DNA from: Candidatus Acidiferrales bacterium
GTDB lineage: Bacteria; Eisenbacteria; RBG-16-71-46
Direction: 5' to 3'
NCBI GenBank assembly: GCA_035500415.1
Contig: DATJXF010000033.1
Span: 1 to 59,052 of the forward strand
Length of the DNA: 59,052 bases
Numbering within the stretch: position 1 is the first letter of the stretch; the number at the start of each line of letters is the position of its first letter. Below the pieces are notes generated by a model. That model did not search any database. It worked only from the letters and a program-made list of their open reading frames with translations, and had not been told where the DNA came from. Shown here piece after piece: positions 9,867-19,227 of this stretch. A program made the position numbers and the translations under genes.

Positions 9867-12488
9867 ATGCACGCAGCAGCGCCGAACGGGCCGGAGCCGG
9901 CCGCGCGCGTCGTCGCAATCGAGGTCGGCGCGCCCGCGGAGTCGCGCCTGCCGTGGCGCGCGGCCGCACCGGTGCTCGCGCCTGCGTCGCTCGTCGTCGC
10001 GGCGGCGGTCCTGGCGCAGCGCTTCGTCCGAGGGCTCGTCGCGCTGCGCGTCCTCGACAACCTGCACTGGACCGTGTCCTACACCGCCGCCGCCGCGCTC
10101 GCCTGGATCGGCGTGCGTCACGCGAGCGCGGAGGATCGCACGCCCCGCCGCTGGCTTGCGGCCGGGCTCACCGGCTATGCGATCGGACAGGTGCTCTGGG
10201 ACGTGCAGGTCGCGGCAGGCTGGAACCCGTTCCCCGGCCCCTCGGACGCCTTCTATCTGCTCCTCGGGCCCTGCGTGACCGTCGGGCTCGTGACGGCGCT
10301 GCGCGCGCGCGCCACGCGCAGCGCGATCCTCGCGGCGGCGATCGACGGCGCCGGCCTCTCGATCGCCGTGCTCATCCTGACGCTCGCGCTCTACCTGCCG
10401 CTGCGCGGCCAGAGCTCGATCCTCCAGATGTCGGTGCTGGTGGCGTACCCGCTCGGCATGCTCGGGGCCGCCTGCATCGCGGCGCTGCTCGTGCCCACGC
10501 TGCGATTGCGTCCCGCGTTCGGCTGGGTGACGTTCCTCGCGGCGCTCTGGGTCAACGGCGCGGTGTGGATGGAGTGGAACGCGCGCACGCTCGCGAACCG
10601 GCTCGAGGACGGCACGCTCTACAACGCGTCGTTCTCGGGCCTCGCGCTCCTGCTCGGCCTGGGCGCGATGGCGTGGCAGCCCGCCTCGAGCCGCGATCCG
10701 CGCTGGGAGCGGCGCTTCGACGCTGCGCTGCGCCTGCTTCCCCTGCTCGTCGTGATGGGCGCGTCGGCCGCGGTGATCGTCGCGTTCACGTTTCCGGCCG
10801 TACCGCCCGTCGTGAAGGACGCGACCGCGTACGGCTCGGTCGCGGTCGTCACGCTCGCGCTCCTGCGCCAGAGCATCCTGCTCCACGAGCGCGACCGCAT
10901 GCTCGAGGCCGAGCGCCGCTTCCGTTCGCTCTTCGACTCGGCGCAGGACGCGATCCTGCTCATGGATGGCCGGCGCTTCGTCGACTGCAATCCCAGCGCG
11001 GAGCGCATGTTCGGCATGAGCCGCGACGCGATCTGCCGGAGCACGCCGGTCGGTCTCTCGCCCGAGCGGCAGCCCGACGGCCGGCTCTCCAGCGAAGCGG
11101 CGCCGGAGCGCATCTCGGCCGCGCTCGCCGGTGAGAGCCAGTTCTTCCGCTGGCGGCACCAGCGGCCCGACGGCTCGACGTTCGAAGCCGAGGTGAGCCT
11201 CGACTGTGTCGAGCTGCCGAGCGGACGCGCGTTGCAGGCCGCGGTTCGCGACGTCACCGAGCGCGTCGATTCCGAGGCCACGCGGCGTCGGCTCGAGGAC
11301 CAGTTGCGCCACGCCTCGCGCCTCGAGGCCGTGGGCCGGCTCGCGGGCGGCGTCGCGCACGACTTCAACAACGTGCTCACGGTGATCCTCGGCACGACCG
11401 AGCTCGCGCTGACGCGCGTCGGCGCGGACCCCAGGCTCGAGCGCGACCTCGCCGAGATCCGCCGCTCCGCCCAGCGCGCGGCCTCGCTCACCGCACAGCT
11501 GCTGGCGTTCAGCCGCAAGCAGGTCATCGCGCCGGTGCCGTCGGACCTGAACGCGCTCATCGGCGGCGCGCTCGTCATGCTGCGGCGGCTGATCGGCGAG
11601 GACGTCGAGCTCGCGTTCGAGCCCGGAGCGGATCTCGGAACCGTGCTCGTGGATCCGACCCAGGTCGAGCAGGTGCTCGTCAACCTCGCGGTCAACGCGC
11701 GCGACGCGATGCCCGACGGCGGACGGCTGCAGATCGCGACGGCGCCGGCCGACCTCGACGCCGCGGACTGCGCCGGGCGGCCCGGGGCGCGGCCAGGGCG
11801 CTACGTGCGCCTCACGGTGCGCGACACGGGAACCGGCGTTCCCGAGCCGCTGATCCCGCACGTCTTCGAGCCGTTCTTCACGACGAAGGAGTTCGGCCGC
11901 GGGACGGGGCTCGGGCTCGCGACGGTCCACGGCATCGTTCACCAGAGCGGGGGCTTCATCGAGCTCGCATCGACCCCGGGCTCGGGAGCGTGCTTCACGA
12001 TCCATCTCCCGGTGCGCGAGGCCTCCTCCGGAGCCGTCGCACCCGTCGCACCCGTCGCGGCGCCCGCGCCGCCCGCGCCGGCGGCGCATCCGCGTGCGCC
12101 GGGGCGCGCGCACATCCTGCTCGTCGAGGACGAGGACATGGTGCGCGACCTCGCGCGGCGCGCGCTCACGGACCTCGGCTTCTTCGTGCTCGCGGCCGCC
12201 TCGGGCGCGCAGGCGATCGAGCTCGCGGCGGACGCGGGCACGCGCGTCGACCTGCTGCTCACCGACGTCATCATGCCCACGATGAGCGGCCGGCAGCTCT
12301 TCGAGCAGCTCGCACGGCAGCGGCCCGGCCTGCGCGTCGTCTACATGTCGGGTTACACCGACAACGTCATCGCGCCGCACGGCGTGCTCGAGCCCGGCAC
12401 GCCGTTCATCCAGAAGCCGTTCACGCTCGATGCGCTCGCCGCGGCCCTCGACGGTGCGTTGGACAGCGTCGCGCGCGCTGCGGCATAA
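9867..12488 (+). CDS. hybrid sensor histidine kinase / response regulator (multi-TM sensor, PAS, HisKA, HATPase, REC)
   Basis: 873 aa. About 8 N-terminal hydrophobic segments, PAS-like FRSLFDSAQDAILLMDG, H-box VAHDFNNVLTVILG, GTGLGLATVHGIV, C-terminal REC ILLVEDEDMV .. LLLTDVIMPTMSG. GAGGA lies 7 nt before the ATG. Confidence 0.9.
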   Translation: MHAAAPNGPEPAARVVAIEVGAPAESRLPWRAAAPVLAPASLVVAAAVLAQRFVRGLVALRVLDNLHWTVSYTAAAALAWIGVRHASAEDRTPRRWLAAGLTGYAIGQVLWDVQVAAGWNPFPGPSDAFYLLLGPCVTVGLVTALRARATRSAILAAAIDGAGLSIAVLILTLALYLPLRGQSSILQMSVLVAYPLGMLGAACIAALLVPTLRLRPAFGWVTFLAALWVNGAVWMEWNARTLANRLEDGTLYNASFSGLALLLGLGAMAWQPASSRDPRWERRFDAALRLLPLLVVMGASAAVIVAFTFPAVPPVVKDATAYGSVAVVTLALLRQSILLHERDRMLEAERRFRSLFDSAQDAILLMDGRRFVDCNPSAERMFGMSRDAICRSTPVGLSPERQPDGRLSSEAAPERISAALAGESQFFRWRHQRPDGSTFEAEVSLDCVELPSGRALQAAVRDVTERVDSEATRRRLEDQLRHASRLEAVGRLAGGVAHDFNNVLTVILGTTELALTRVGADPRLERDLAEIRRSAQRAASLTAQLLAFSRKQVIAPVPSDLNALIGGALVMLRRLIGEDVELAFEPGADLGTVLVDPTQVEQVLVNLAVNARDAMPDGGRLQIATAPADLDAADCAGRPGARPGRYVRLTVRDTGTGVPEPLIPHVFEPFFTTKEFGRGTGLGLATVHGIVHQSGGFIELASTPGSGACFTIHLPVREASSGAVAPVAPVAAPAPPAPAAHPRAPGRAHILLVEDEDMVRDLARRALTDLGFFVLAAASGAQAIELAADAGTRVDLLLTDVIMPTMSGRQLFEQLARQRPGLRVVYMSGYTDNVIAPHGVLEPGTPFIQKPFTLDALAAALDGALDSVARAAA

Positions 12489-12602
12489 TCCCCGGCCTCA
12501 CCTACACCCAGGCGGAGCGCTCGGCATCACCCGCCGATCCGGCATCCAGGAGCACGCCGGCCCGGGCGCCGGGGAACGCCGCCGTGGCGGAGAAGTCGAA
12601 TC

Positions 12603-12845
12603 ATGAAGGCAGGCATTCATCCCGTTTACGACGTGCGCACGTTCCACTGCTACGGCTGCGGCACCGAGTGGGCGACGCGCACGACGCTCAAGCCGCACAC
12701 CAACGATGGCAAGGTGCACCTCGACATCTGCTCGAACTGCCATCCGTTCTTCACCGGCAAGCAGAAGCTGATCGACAAGGCCGGACGCGTGGACCGCTTC
12801 CGCAGGCGCTACGCGAAGGTCCAGTCCGAGCCGGCCAACAGCTAG
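12603..12845 (+). CDS. rpmE: 50S ribosomal protein L31 (Zn-ribbon type)
   Basis: MKAGIHPVY.., CYGC and CSNC cysteine pairs, HPFFTGKQKLIDKAGRVDRF. Confidence 0.95.
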   Translation: MKAGIHPVYDVRTFHCYGCGTEWATRTTLKPHTNDGKVHLDICSNCHPFFTGKQKLIDKAGRVDRFRRRYAKVQSEPANS

Positions 12846-12918
12846 CGTCACCCATCGGGCTCCCGCTGCCGATCGCTCGCGATCGCGCCGGGGGCCCGCA
12901 TCTTTTCCGGAGCGAGCC

Positions 12919-13872
12919 ATGCCGTTCCTTCCCGTGGGCGGACAGGCCGTCATCGAGGGCGTGATGATGCGCGCGCCCTCGAAGATCGCCGTCGTCGTGC
13001 GCCGCCCCGACGGCGATCGCGCGACCTTCGAGCGCCGCTTCGAGTCGATCACGCTGCGCGTGCGCGCGCTCGGGCTGCCGGTGATCCGCGGCGCCGTCTC
13101 ACTGTTCGAGACGATGTTCCTCGGCGTCACTGCGCTCAACTTCAGCGCCGACGCCGCGACGCGCGAGGGCGCCGCAGCGCCCGAGGGCGGGGCGGGCGGC
13201 TCGAGCGCCCTCTTCGGCGCGCTGCAGGGGCTCACGCTCGTCGTCTCGCTCGCGTTCGGCCTCTTCCTGTTCGTCGTGATGCCCGCGCGGGTCGCGCCGC
13301 TCATCCAGCGCGCGACGGGGTTCGAAGGTCGGTACGCGTTCGGGCTCGTCGACGGCGCGCTGCGGCTCGTCGTGTTCGTGCTCTACCTGCTGCTGCTCGC
13401 GCTCTGGAAGGACATGGCGCGCGTGCTCGGCTACCACGGCGCCGAACACAAGGCGATCCACGCACTCGAGGCCGGCGTGCCGCTCACGCCCGCGAACGTG
13501 CAGAGCTTCTCGCGCTTCCACCCGCGCTGCGGCACGACGTTCCTCTTCATCGTCGTCGTGGTCAGCATCGTGCTGTTCACGCTCATCGGCCGGCCCACGG
13601 GCATCGGGCAGCACCTGCTGCGGATCGCGTGCATGCCGTTGATCGCCGGGATCGCGTTCGAGTTCATCCGGCTCTCCGGCCGCTACTACGATCGTCCGCT
13701 CGTCCGCGCGCTCACCTGGCCGGGCATGCAGTTCCAGCGGCTCACGACGCGCGAGCCCGACCTCGAGATGTGCGCGGTCGCGATCGCCTCGCTCGAGCGC
13801 GTGCTCGACGACCCCACCGTGATCCGGCTGCGCGCGGGCGGCGGCCGGCCCGACGTGAGCTTCGTCCAATGA
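12919..13872 (+). CDS. DUF1385 (YqhQ-like) membrane protein
   Basis: [12 protein letters not shown] at the N-terminus, later [10 protein letters not shown], multiple TM segments. It sits in the usual position next to prfA/prmC. Confidence 0.85.
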   Translation: MPFLPVGGQAVIEGVMMRAPSKIAVVVRRPDGDRATFERRFESITLRVRALGLPVIRGAVSLFETMFLGVTALNFSADAATREGAAAPEGGAGGSSALFGALQGLTLVVSLAFGLFLFVVMPARVAPLIQRATGFEGRYAFGLVDGALRLVVFVLYLLLLALWKDMARVLGYHGAEHKAIHALEAGVPLTPANVQSFSRFHPRCGTTFLFIVVVVSIVLFTLIGRPTGIGQHLLRIACMPLIAGIAFEFIRLSGRYYDRPLVRALTWPGMQFQRLTTREPDLEMCAVAIASLERVLDDPTVIRLRAGGGRPDVSFVQ

Positions 13873-14963
13873 TGGATCCCCTCCTCCAGCAGGCGCTCGA
13901 ACGCGTCGAGCAGCGCTTCGCCGAGCTCGAAGGTCTGCTCTCGAGCCCGGACGTCGCGCGCGATCCCGGCCGCCTGCGCGACCTCGCGCGCGAGCGCGCG
14001 CGACTCGACGTGACCGTGCGCGCCGCCGGCGAGTGGCGCGCGACCGCTCGCACCGTCGCAGACGACGAGGCCGCGATCGCCTCGGGTGACGCCGAGCTCG
14101 CCGAGCTCGCGCACTCCGAGCTGCCCGCGTTGCGCGAGAAGCTCTCGGCCCTGGGCGAGCGGCTCAAGCGCCTGCTGCTGCCGCGCGATCCCGACGACGA
14201 CAAGAACGTCGTGATCGAGATCCGCGCCGGAACGGGCGGAGACGAGGCGTCGCTCTTCGCCGCCGAGCTCTACCGCATGTACTCGAAGCACGCCGAGGGC
14301 CGCGGCTGGCGCCAGGAAGTGATGAGCGTGAGCGAGTCCGAGGTGGGCGGCTACAAGGAGATCATCTTCCTGCTCGAGGGCGACGGCGTGTACCGCGAGA
14401 TGAAGTTCGAGTCGGGCGTCCACCGCGTGCAGCGCGTGCCGCAGACGGAAGCCTCGGGCCGCATCCACACCTCCGCGGCCACGGTCGCGGTGCTGCCGGA
14501 GGTCGAGGACGTCGACGTTGAGATCCGCGAGAAGGACCTGCGCGTCGACGTCTATCGCGCGGGCGGCCCCGGGGGCCAGGGCGTCAACACGACGGACTCG
14601 GCGGTGCGGATCACGCACCTGCCGACGGGCCTCGTCGTCACCTGCCAGGACGAGCGCTCGCAGATCAAGAACCGCGCGAAGGCGATGAAGGTCCTGCGCG
14701 CGCGGCTCTACGACGCGAAGCTGCAGGAGCAGCAGGCGAAGCAGGCCGCGCAGCGCCGCTCGCAGGTGAGTACGGGCGACCGCAACGCGAAGATCCGCAC
14801 CTACAACTTCCCTCAGGGGCGCGTGACGGACCACCGCATCAACCTGACGCTCCACCGGCTCGGAGATTTCCTGGAGGGCGACATCGGCGAGATGAGCGAG
14901 GCGCTGCTCGAGGCCGATGCCGCCGAGCGGCTCGCCGAGTTGGCCGGCGGCGCGAGCGCCTGA
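13869..14963 (+). CDS. prfA: peptide chain release factor 1
   Basis: ORF 13629..14963 trimmed to ATG 13869, which overlaps the DUF1385 stop (ATGA). RF1 PxT region [16 protein letters not shown] and GGQ motif [23 protein letters not shown]. Confidence 0.97.
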   Translation: MMDPLLQQALERVEQRFAELEGLLSSPDVARDPGRLRDLARERARLDVTVRAAGEWRATARTVADDEAAIASGDAELAELAHSELPALREKLSALGERLKRLLLPRDPDDDKNVVIEIRAGTGGDEASLFAAELYRMYSKHAEGRGWRQEVMSVSESEVGGYKEIIFLLEGDGVYREMKFESGVHRVQRVPQTEASGRIHTSAATVAVLPEVEDVDVEIREKDLRVDVYRAGGPGGQGVNTTDSAVRITHLPTGLVVTCQDERSQIKNRAKAMKVLRARLYDAKLQEQQAKQAAQRRSQVSTGDRNAKIRTYNFPQGRVTDHRINLTLHRLGDFLEGDIGEMSEALLEADAAERLAELAGGASA

Positions 14964-15018
14964 GCCGCGGCGCGCCGGCGCGTCGCGACCACCGCGGCGA
15001 CGTTGCGGCGCCGGCGTG

Positions 15019-15059
15019 CGCGAGACGCGCACGCGCGAACGCGAGACGCGCACGCGCGA
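15019..15059. repeat. 21-bp tandem direct repeat, two copies
   Basis: CGCGAGACGCGCACGCGCGA at 15019-15038 and again at 15040-15059, separated by one A. Lies in the prfA-downstream spacer. Confidence 0.8.
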
Positions 15060-15152
15060 GCGCGCGCAAGCCGTGGTTCGACGCCCGGCACGCCGCGTGC
15101 AGCAGCTCCCGCGCGCGACTCGCGGGGAGTGGCGCACCGTGCGGAGGGAGCG

Positions 15153-15752
15153 ATGGCCCGGAATCGGCCGGACGAGAGCGAACGCTGGACGGGCCGCGCC
15201 CGCGCGGCGCTCGCCGCGCCGGCGCTGCTCCTGCCCGTGCTCGTCTGGCACGCCTCGCTGGCGCGCGAGCTCGCGAGCGGCTCGCTCGGCGTGCGGGCGG
15301 GCGCCGCGGCCGACGGCGCCGCGTGGGCGGGCGCGATCGCGGCGCTGCTCTCGGCGCTCGCCGAGGCGGCCGTCTATGGCATGCTCTGGGCGGCGTTCGG
15401 ACGCCGTCTGCCGTTCCTCGCGCTCGCCGTGACGGCGCTGCAGCTCTCGATGCTCGAGCCGGCGGCCCTGTGGGCCGGCGCGCTGGGGGGAGATCCAGGC
15501 GATGCGCCCCTCTGGAAAGTGATGCTGTTCGGCACGCGTGCGAGCGGCGCGGCGGTGACGGGGTTCGCGGCCGCGTTCCGATCGCTCGGCGCGCTCGCGC
15601 TCGCGCGCATGGCGTTCTGGGCCTGGGTGCTCGCGGCGGCGAGCGGCGCCCGGTGGCGCTCGAGCGCCACCGCCGTCGCGGTGGTGTGGCTCGTTTCGCA
15701 CCTCGCGCTCGGTTTCGTACTTGCCCTGATGTGGGGCAGGAGCACGACGTGA
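15153..15752 (+). CDS. hypothetical polytopic membrane protein (Cys-free)
   Basis: ORF 15003..15752 trimmed to ATG 15153, with GGAGGG 5 nt upstream. About 6 hydrophobic segments (e.g. AAWAGAIAALLSALAEAAVYGMLWAAFG, VVWLVSHLALGFVLALMW). No family recognised. Confidence 0.5.
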   Translation: MARNRPDESERWTGRARAALAAPALLLPVLVWHASLARELASGSLGVRAGAAADGAAWAGAIAALLSALAEAAVYGMLWAAFGRRLPFLALAVTALQLSMLEPAALWAGALGGDPGDAPLWKVMLFGTRASGAAVTGFAAAFRSLGALALARMAFWAWVLAAASGARWRSSATAVAVVWLVSHLALGFVLALMWGRSTT

Positions 15753-16261
15753 ACGGATCCCGCACGCCACCACGCGCTTCGCTCGCGACCGCGATCAACC
15801 GCGTCGCGATCGCGCTCGCGCTGCTCGCGCTCGCCGGCATCGGCGCGTGGTGGTGGCACGACCGCACGCGCGTCTGGGAGCCGGTGCGCTGGGACGCGCG
15901 CCGCTTCGTCTGCCTGCGCGCTCCGGACTCCGCGGCCGCCGCTGCCTGGATCGTGGCCTACCAGCCCGATTGCCCGCACTGCAGGGCGCGGCTGGCCGAC
16001 CTGCTGCGCCGCGACCCGTCCGCGCGCGCGGGCGCCGCACTGGGCGTGCTCGTCGTCGATGCCGGCGTCCGGCCCGAACTCCCCTCGGGGGCCGAGCGAC
16101 TGACGGGCGGCGTATGGTGGGACTCGCTCGGCATCTGGCGCGCGCGCTGGGGCCATCGCGTCTACGGCGAGGCCTTGAGCTTCGCACGCGACGGCCGGCT
16201 GCAGCGCACGATCGGCCCCGCCGATCCGCCCGGCGCACCCGCGACCGCCGCGTCCCCCTGA
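15749..16261 (+). CDS. membrane-anchored thioredoxin-fold protein (CPHC active site, TlpA/DsbE-like)
   Basis: In frame within ORF 15323..16261. GTG 15749 overlaps the upstream stop (GTGA). N-terminal anchor VAIALALLALAGIGAWWW, then WIVAYQPDCPHCRARL. Confidence 0.6.
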   Translation: MNGSRTPPRASLATAINRVAIALALLALAGIGAWWWHDRTRVWEPVRWDARRFVCLRAPDSAAAAAWIVAYQPDCPHCRARLADLLRRDPSARAGAALGVLVVDAGVRPELPSGAERLTGGVWWDSLGIWRARWGHRVYGEALSFARDGRLQRTIGPADPPGAPATAASP

Positions 16262-16326
16262 AGCGGCGTCGCGCCGCGCCCGAACGTCCCGCCCCCGCCA
16301 CAGCACACGAAAGGGGGTGGTAGTCC

Positions 16327-16548
16327 ATGAAATCCGCTCGCACGCGTGCCGTCGCGTGCTCGCTGCTTCTCGCTGCTGCGCTCGCCGTTTCGCCCGCGGT
16401 CCACGCCGGCACCGCCGAACCCGACGGCACCGGCAAGCTCGAGAAGTACGCCGGCTGCGCCGCCGGCCTCGCGCTCTCACAGACGATTCCGGCTGCAATC
16501 GCCGCATTCCTGGTCTGCGTCAAAGTGCTCGTCGACGAGCTCCCGTGA
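16327..16548 (+). CDS. small secreted/membrane Cys-containing hydrophobic peptide (73 aa), paralog 1
   Basis: SD AAGGGGG about 8 nt upstream. Signal peptide MKSARTRAVACSLLLAAALAVSPAVHA. Mature part YAGCAAGLALSQTIPAAIAAFLVCVKVLVDELP. Confidence 0.5.
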   Translation: MKSARTRAVACSLLLAAALAVSPAVHAGTAEPDGTGKLEKYAGCAAGLALSQTIPAAIAAFLVCVKVLVDELP

Positions 16549-16564
16549 GAAAGGAAGTCCAGCC

Positions 16565-16828
16565 ATGAAGCGATCCACGCGCAACCCAGGGGCGCTCGCG
16601 GCGCTCGCGCTGGCCGTGGCGCTCGTCGCTGCGCCGCTGCCGGCGCGCTCGCAGGCTCCGCCGCCCCCGGTGACCCGTTCGCCCGACTCCGCATTCGGCG
16701 CCGCTATGGCGATGATCTGCGGAGCGAGTGCCTGCATCGCGAGCAAGGATCCGATCCCGATCGTGATCGCCGTCGGCGCGGCCTGCTGCCTCCTCATGTA
16801 CGTCGACGCCATGAGCTCGGCGGACTGA
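16565..16828 (+). CDS. small secreted/membrane Cys-rich hydrophobic peptide (87 aa), paralog 2
   Basis: In frame within ORF 16346..16828. SD GAAAGGAAG upstream of ATG 16565. Signal-like MKRSTRNPGALAALALAVALVAAPLPA. Then FGAAMAMICGASACIASKDPIPIVIAVGAACCLLMYVDAMSSAD. Confidence 0.5.
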   Translation: MKRSTRNPGALAALALAVALVAAPLPARSQAPPPPVTRSPDSAFGAAMAMICGASACIASKDPIPIVIAVGAACCLLMYVDAMSSAD

Positions 16829-17114
16829 GGCTCACTCGGGCAGCAGGCCCCGACCCGTCGCAAAACGCTTCGCTGCCGCATGGCAGGCCGGGCCCTGCGG
16901 CGGCGAGGCGCGCCGGCTGCCCGCCGCACCGTTGGAGCGCAACAGACCCGCGCCTGCCCGGCAGGGCGGCGCCGCCATCCCGCAACGCCACTCGAAGGTC
17001 TTGACGCCGTCCGATTGCGGGCGTTCACTTTATCCACGCTCGCGACCGCCGTGGCCTGCGCGCGACTCCCCCGCTTGATCCCCCACCTGCCTCGATCACG
17101 CGGAGGCCCGCCTC

Positions 17115-19227
17115 ATGCGTCGCACTTTCTTCTTGTCTACGCTCCTGCTTCTCATGACCCAGACCTCATCCGCGATCCAGCTTCGATGGGAGGGGGGGGG
17201 CGACCGCCCTCACGGTCGCCGCCGACTCGCAGGCCACGCTCGTGGTTCAGGCTGACTCGGCGAGCGCGTCCCTGCCGAGAACGTGGCGAGTTCAGTGGCT
17301 TGCAGACTCGCTCGGCATCCAGTTCACATCCCTTACCTCGACGCCGCCGTGTTCGTCGGACACCGCGCTGGCCGACTCGATCGCGCCGCCACGGACTTCC
17401 GCCGACAGCGCCTCCAGCCAGTACACGGCGTACCTGTGCGCGTCCGGAGGCGGCCCGACCGCCGCCGCGCACTACCTCGTGGACCTGCACGGCGCGGGTC
17501 ATGGCAAGCTGCGTGTGGTCGCGCTCGATCCGAACGACTCCACGCAGGTGATCGAGTCGAACGAGGTCAGCTACAACGGTGGGATCGACGGCGACTACGC
17601 ACCCGCCATCCTCTCGGCGAGCCGCTCGCACGTCGGGTCCGCGCTGAGGATCGCGGCGGTGGGCGTCGGCCTCGACCACGCGCCGCTGGTTCAGATCGCT
17701 TCGCCCGACACGTCGTGGTGTCTGCCGCTCAGCATCTCGGACCGGACCGCGACGAGTCTCACGGCTACGGCACAGGTTGCGGCCGACCTGTCGGCGTTCG
17801 TACTCCGCGTCGGGAGTGCCTCGTCAGGCAATGTGGCCGTGGCCCCGCTCGACGCGGACACGGTCACGGCCCTTGCTGTGCAACCGGCATGCGTGGACGA
17901 GATGAAGGAGATCAACCCCGTCACGCACGAGCAGATCCAGCCCAAGGACTTCGCGTTCGTCGCCTCGCGCGACTCGTTCCACGTGTTCTACATCCGCCAC
18001 GACATGAACCTGAGCACCGACGCCACGGAGAAGATCATCGGCCACAAGCGCTCGGCGGACCTTTACAGCTGGTTTCCGACCGAGAACACGATGACGGCGA
18101 TCAGCGCCCGTACCGGCACGAGCCTGTGGGACAACTTCCACGTCTGGGCGCCCACCATCATCCGCAAGAGCAACGGCGATCCGACCTACTACATGCTGTA
18201 CACCGGCGTGCAGGACACGACCATTGGTGGTCATCATCTCGACATACAGCGGATCGGCGTCGCGACGTCGACCGATCTCAATGTCTGGACTCAGGACACG
18301 ACATGGTGCTACTCGCCGGATCACGTCAGTGGAAACTGGGCGGAGCGCGACTCGAACACGTACTCCGGACAACAGTTCCGCGACCCGTTCGTGATGCCCG
18401 CGCCGGACTCGGCCGGCACGTATCTCATGTTCTTCGTGGCCGGAAGTCACGACCGGAAGCCGCGGATGGTGGCCGGGGTCGCGCGCTCCCACGGCGACCT
18501 GCGGGTTTGGCAAGACCTGTATCCGCTCTGGGAAACGGATTCCCTCCACAGCGGCGCCGGGGTTGTGGAGTCGCCCCACGCCTTCCCTGATCCCGGCGGT
18601 CGCTGGTCGCTTTACTACACGGGCTACAACTTCGGCTCGCCCAACGACAGCGCCTTCGTGTCTTTCGAACAGGACGTCAATACTCATAGCAGCCCGATTG
18701 ACGCCGACACGACGCAGTGGTCCGTCCCGGACACGCTCTACAAGGCGCTCGGCGGCGATCAGACACTTCAGTTCTGGCACGCGTCCGAGTACCTCAACTG
18801 GGCCCCAGGCTACGAGTACCTCGGCGCCTACGACGACGACCAGCACTCGATCGATATCGGCCAGATGTCGTGGCACGACAGCCACACGTACGTGCTTACA
18901 GACTCTTGCCCGCCGGCCGTCGCGCTGGGCGTGGGCGGCGCCAGTCGGCTTCCATTCGCGCTGAAGCTTCTTGGACAAAGACCCTCACGAGCGCCCGTCG
19001 CGTTTGCGGTCGAGACACCTGCCAAGACGGCCATGCGCCTGGCGATCTACGATGTCCTCGGGCGGCGCGTGCGCACGTTGCTGGACGAACAGATGGCCCC
19101 GGGCGAGCGACAGGTTCAATGGGACGGCCGCGGCGCCCATCGTGAACCGATCGGCCCCGGCGTCTATTTCGCGCGGCTCACCTCGACGCTCGGGCAGCGC
19201 GTCGCGCGCGTCGTTCTGCTCAGGTGA
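17115..19227 (+). pseudogene. frameshifted (possibly phase-variable) five-bladed beta-propeller glycoside-hydrolase-like protein with T9SS/FlgD-Ig-like C-terminal sorting domain
   Basis: ATG 17115 (GGAGG 8 nt upstream) encodes signal peptide MRRTFFLSTLLLLMTQTSSA but stops at 17253-17255. The long ORF (track 17242..19227, open from 17158) is in the +1 frame. GH32/43/68-clan-like motifs: FHVWAPTIIR, YYMLYTGV, QFRDPFVM, VESPHAF, WSLYYTG. C-terminal domain: MRLAIYDVLGRRVRTLL .. GVYFARL. Confidence 0.65.
17192..17200 (+). repeat. G9 homopolymer at the frameshift point
   Basis: Sequence gatgggaGGGGGGGGGcgacc. Nine G at 17192-17200, inside the 17158-17255 window where both frames are open. Confidence 0.95.

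Noticed and set aside
9288-12380. 1030-aa ORF antisense to the hybrid histidine kinase. Similar giants: 55627..58914(-), 41321..43870(-), 38908..41454(-), 13686..15773(-), 29113..31272(+), 26738..28750(-), 34153..36093(-), 31188..33365 upstream part, 1283..2755(+).
   Set aside because: They are extremely R/A/G/P-rich and contain no recognisable motifs. Each lies opposite or out of frame to a gene with clear family signatures. This is the typical stop-codon-poor shadow ORF of >70% GC DNA.
16327-16828. Small peptides as PEP-CTERM, LPXTG, GlyGly-CTERM or lipoprotein substrates.
   Set aside because: The C-termini (VDELP, SSAD) lack the motif + TM + basic tail of sorting signals. The Cys in the first signal peptide is not in a lipobox context. 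There is no double-glycine leader.
17030-17038. TTATCCACG, an 8/9 match to the DnaA box TTATCCACA, in the spacer upstream of the T9SS genes.
   Set aside because: It is a single isolated box, with no cluster, no AT-rich unwinding element and no dnaA/dnaN nearby. It is not an origin. It also overlaps a weak promoter-like TTGACG-17-TTCACT (17001-17029) that I could not support further.
16880-17551. 223-aa ORF spanning the spacer and the 5' end of the T9SS hydrolase gene.
   Set aside because: It is R/P-rich and out of frame with both the signal-peptide ORF and the long hydrolase ORF. It has no SD.
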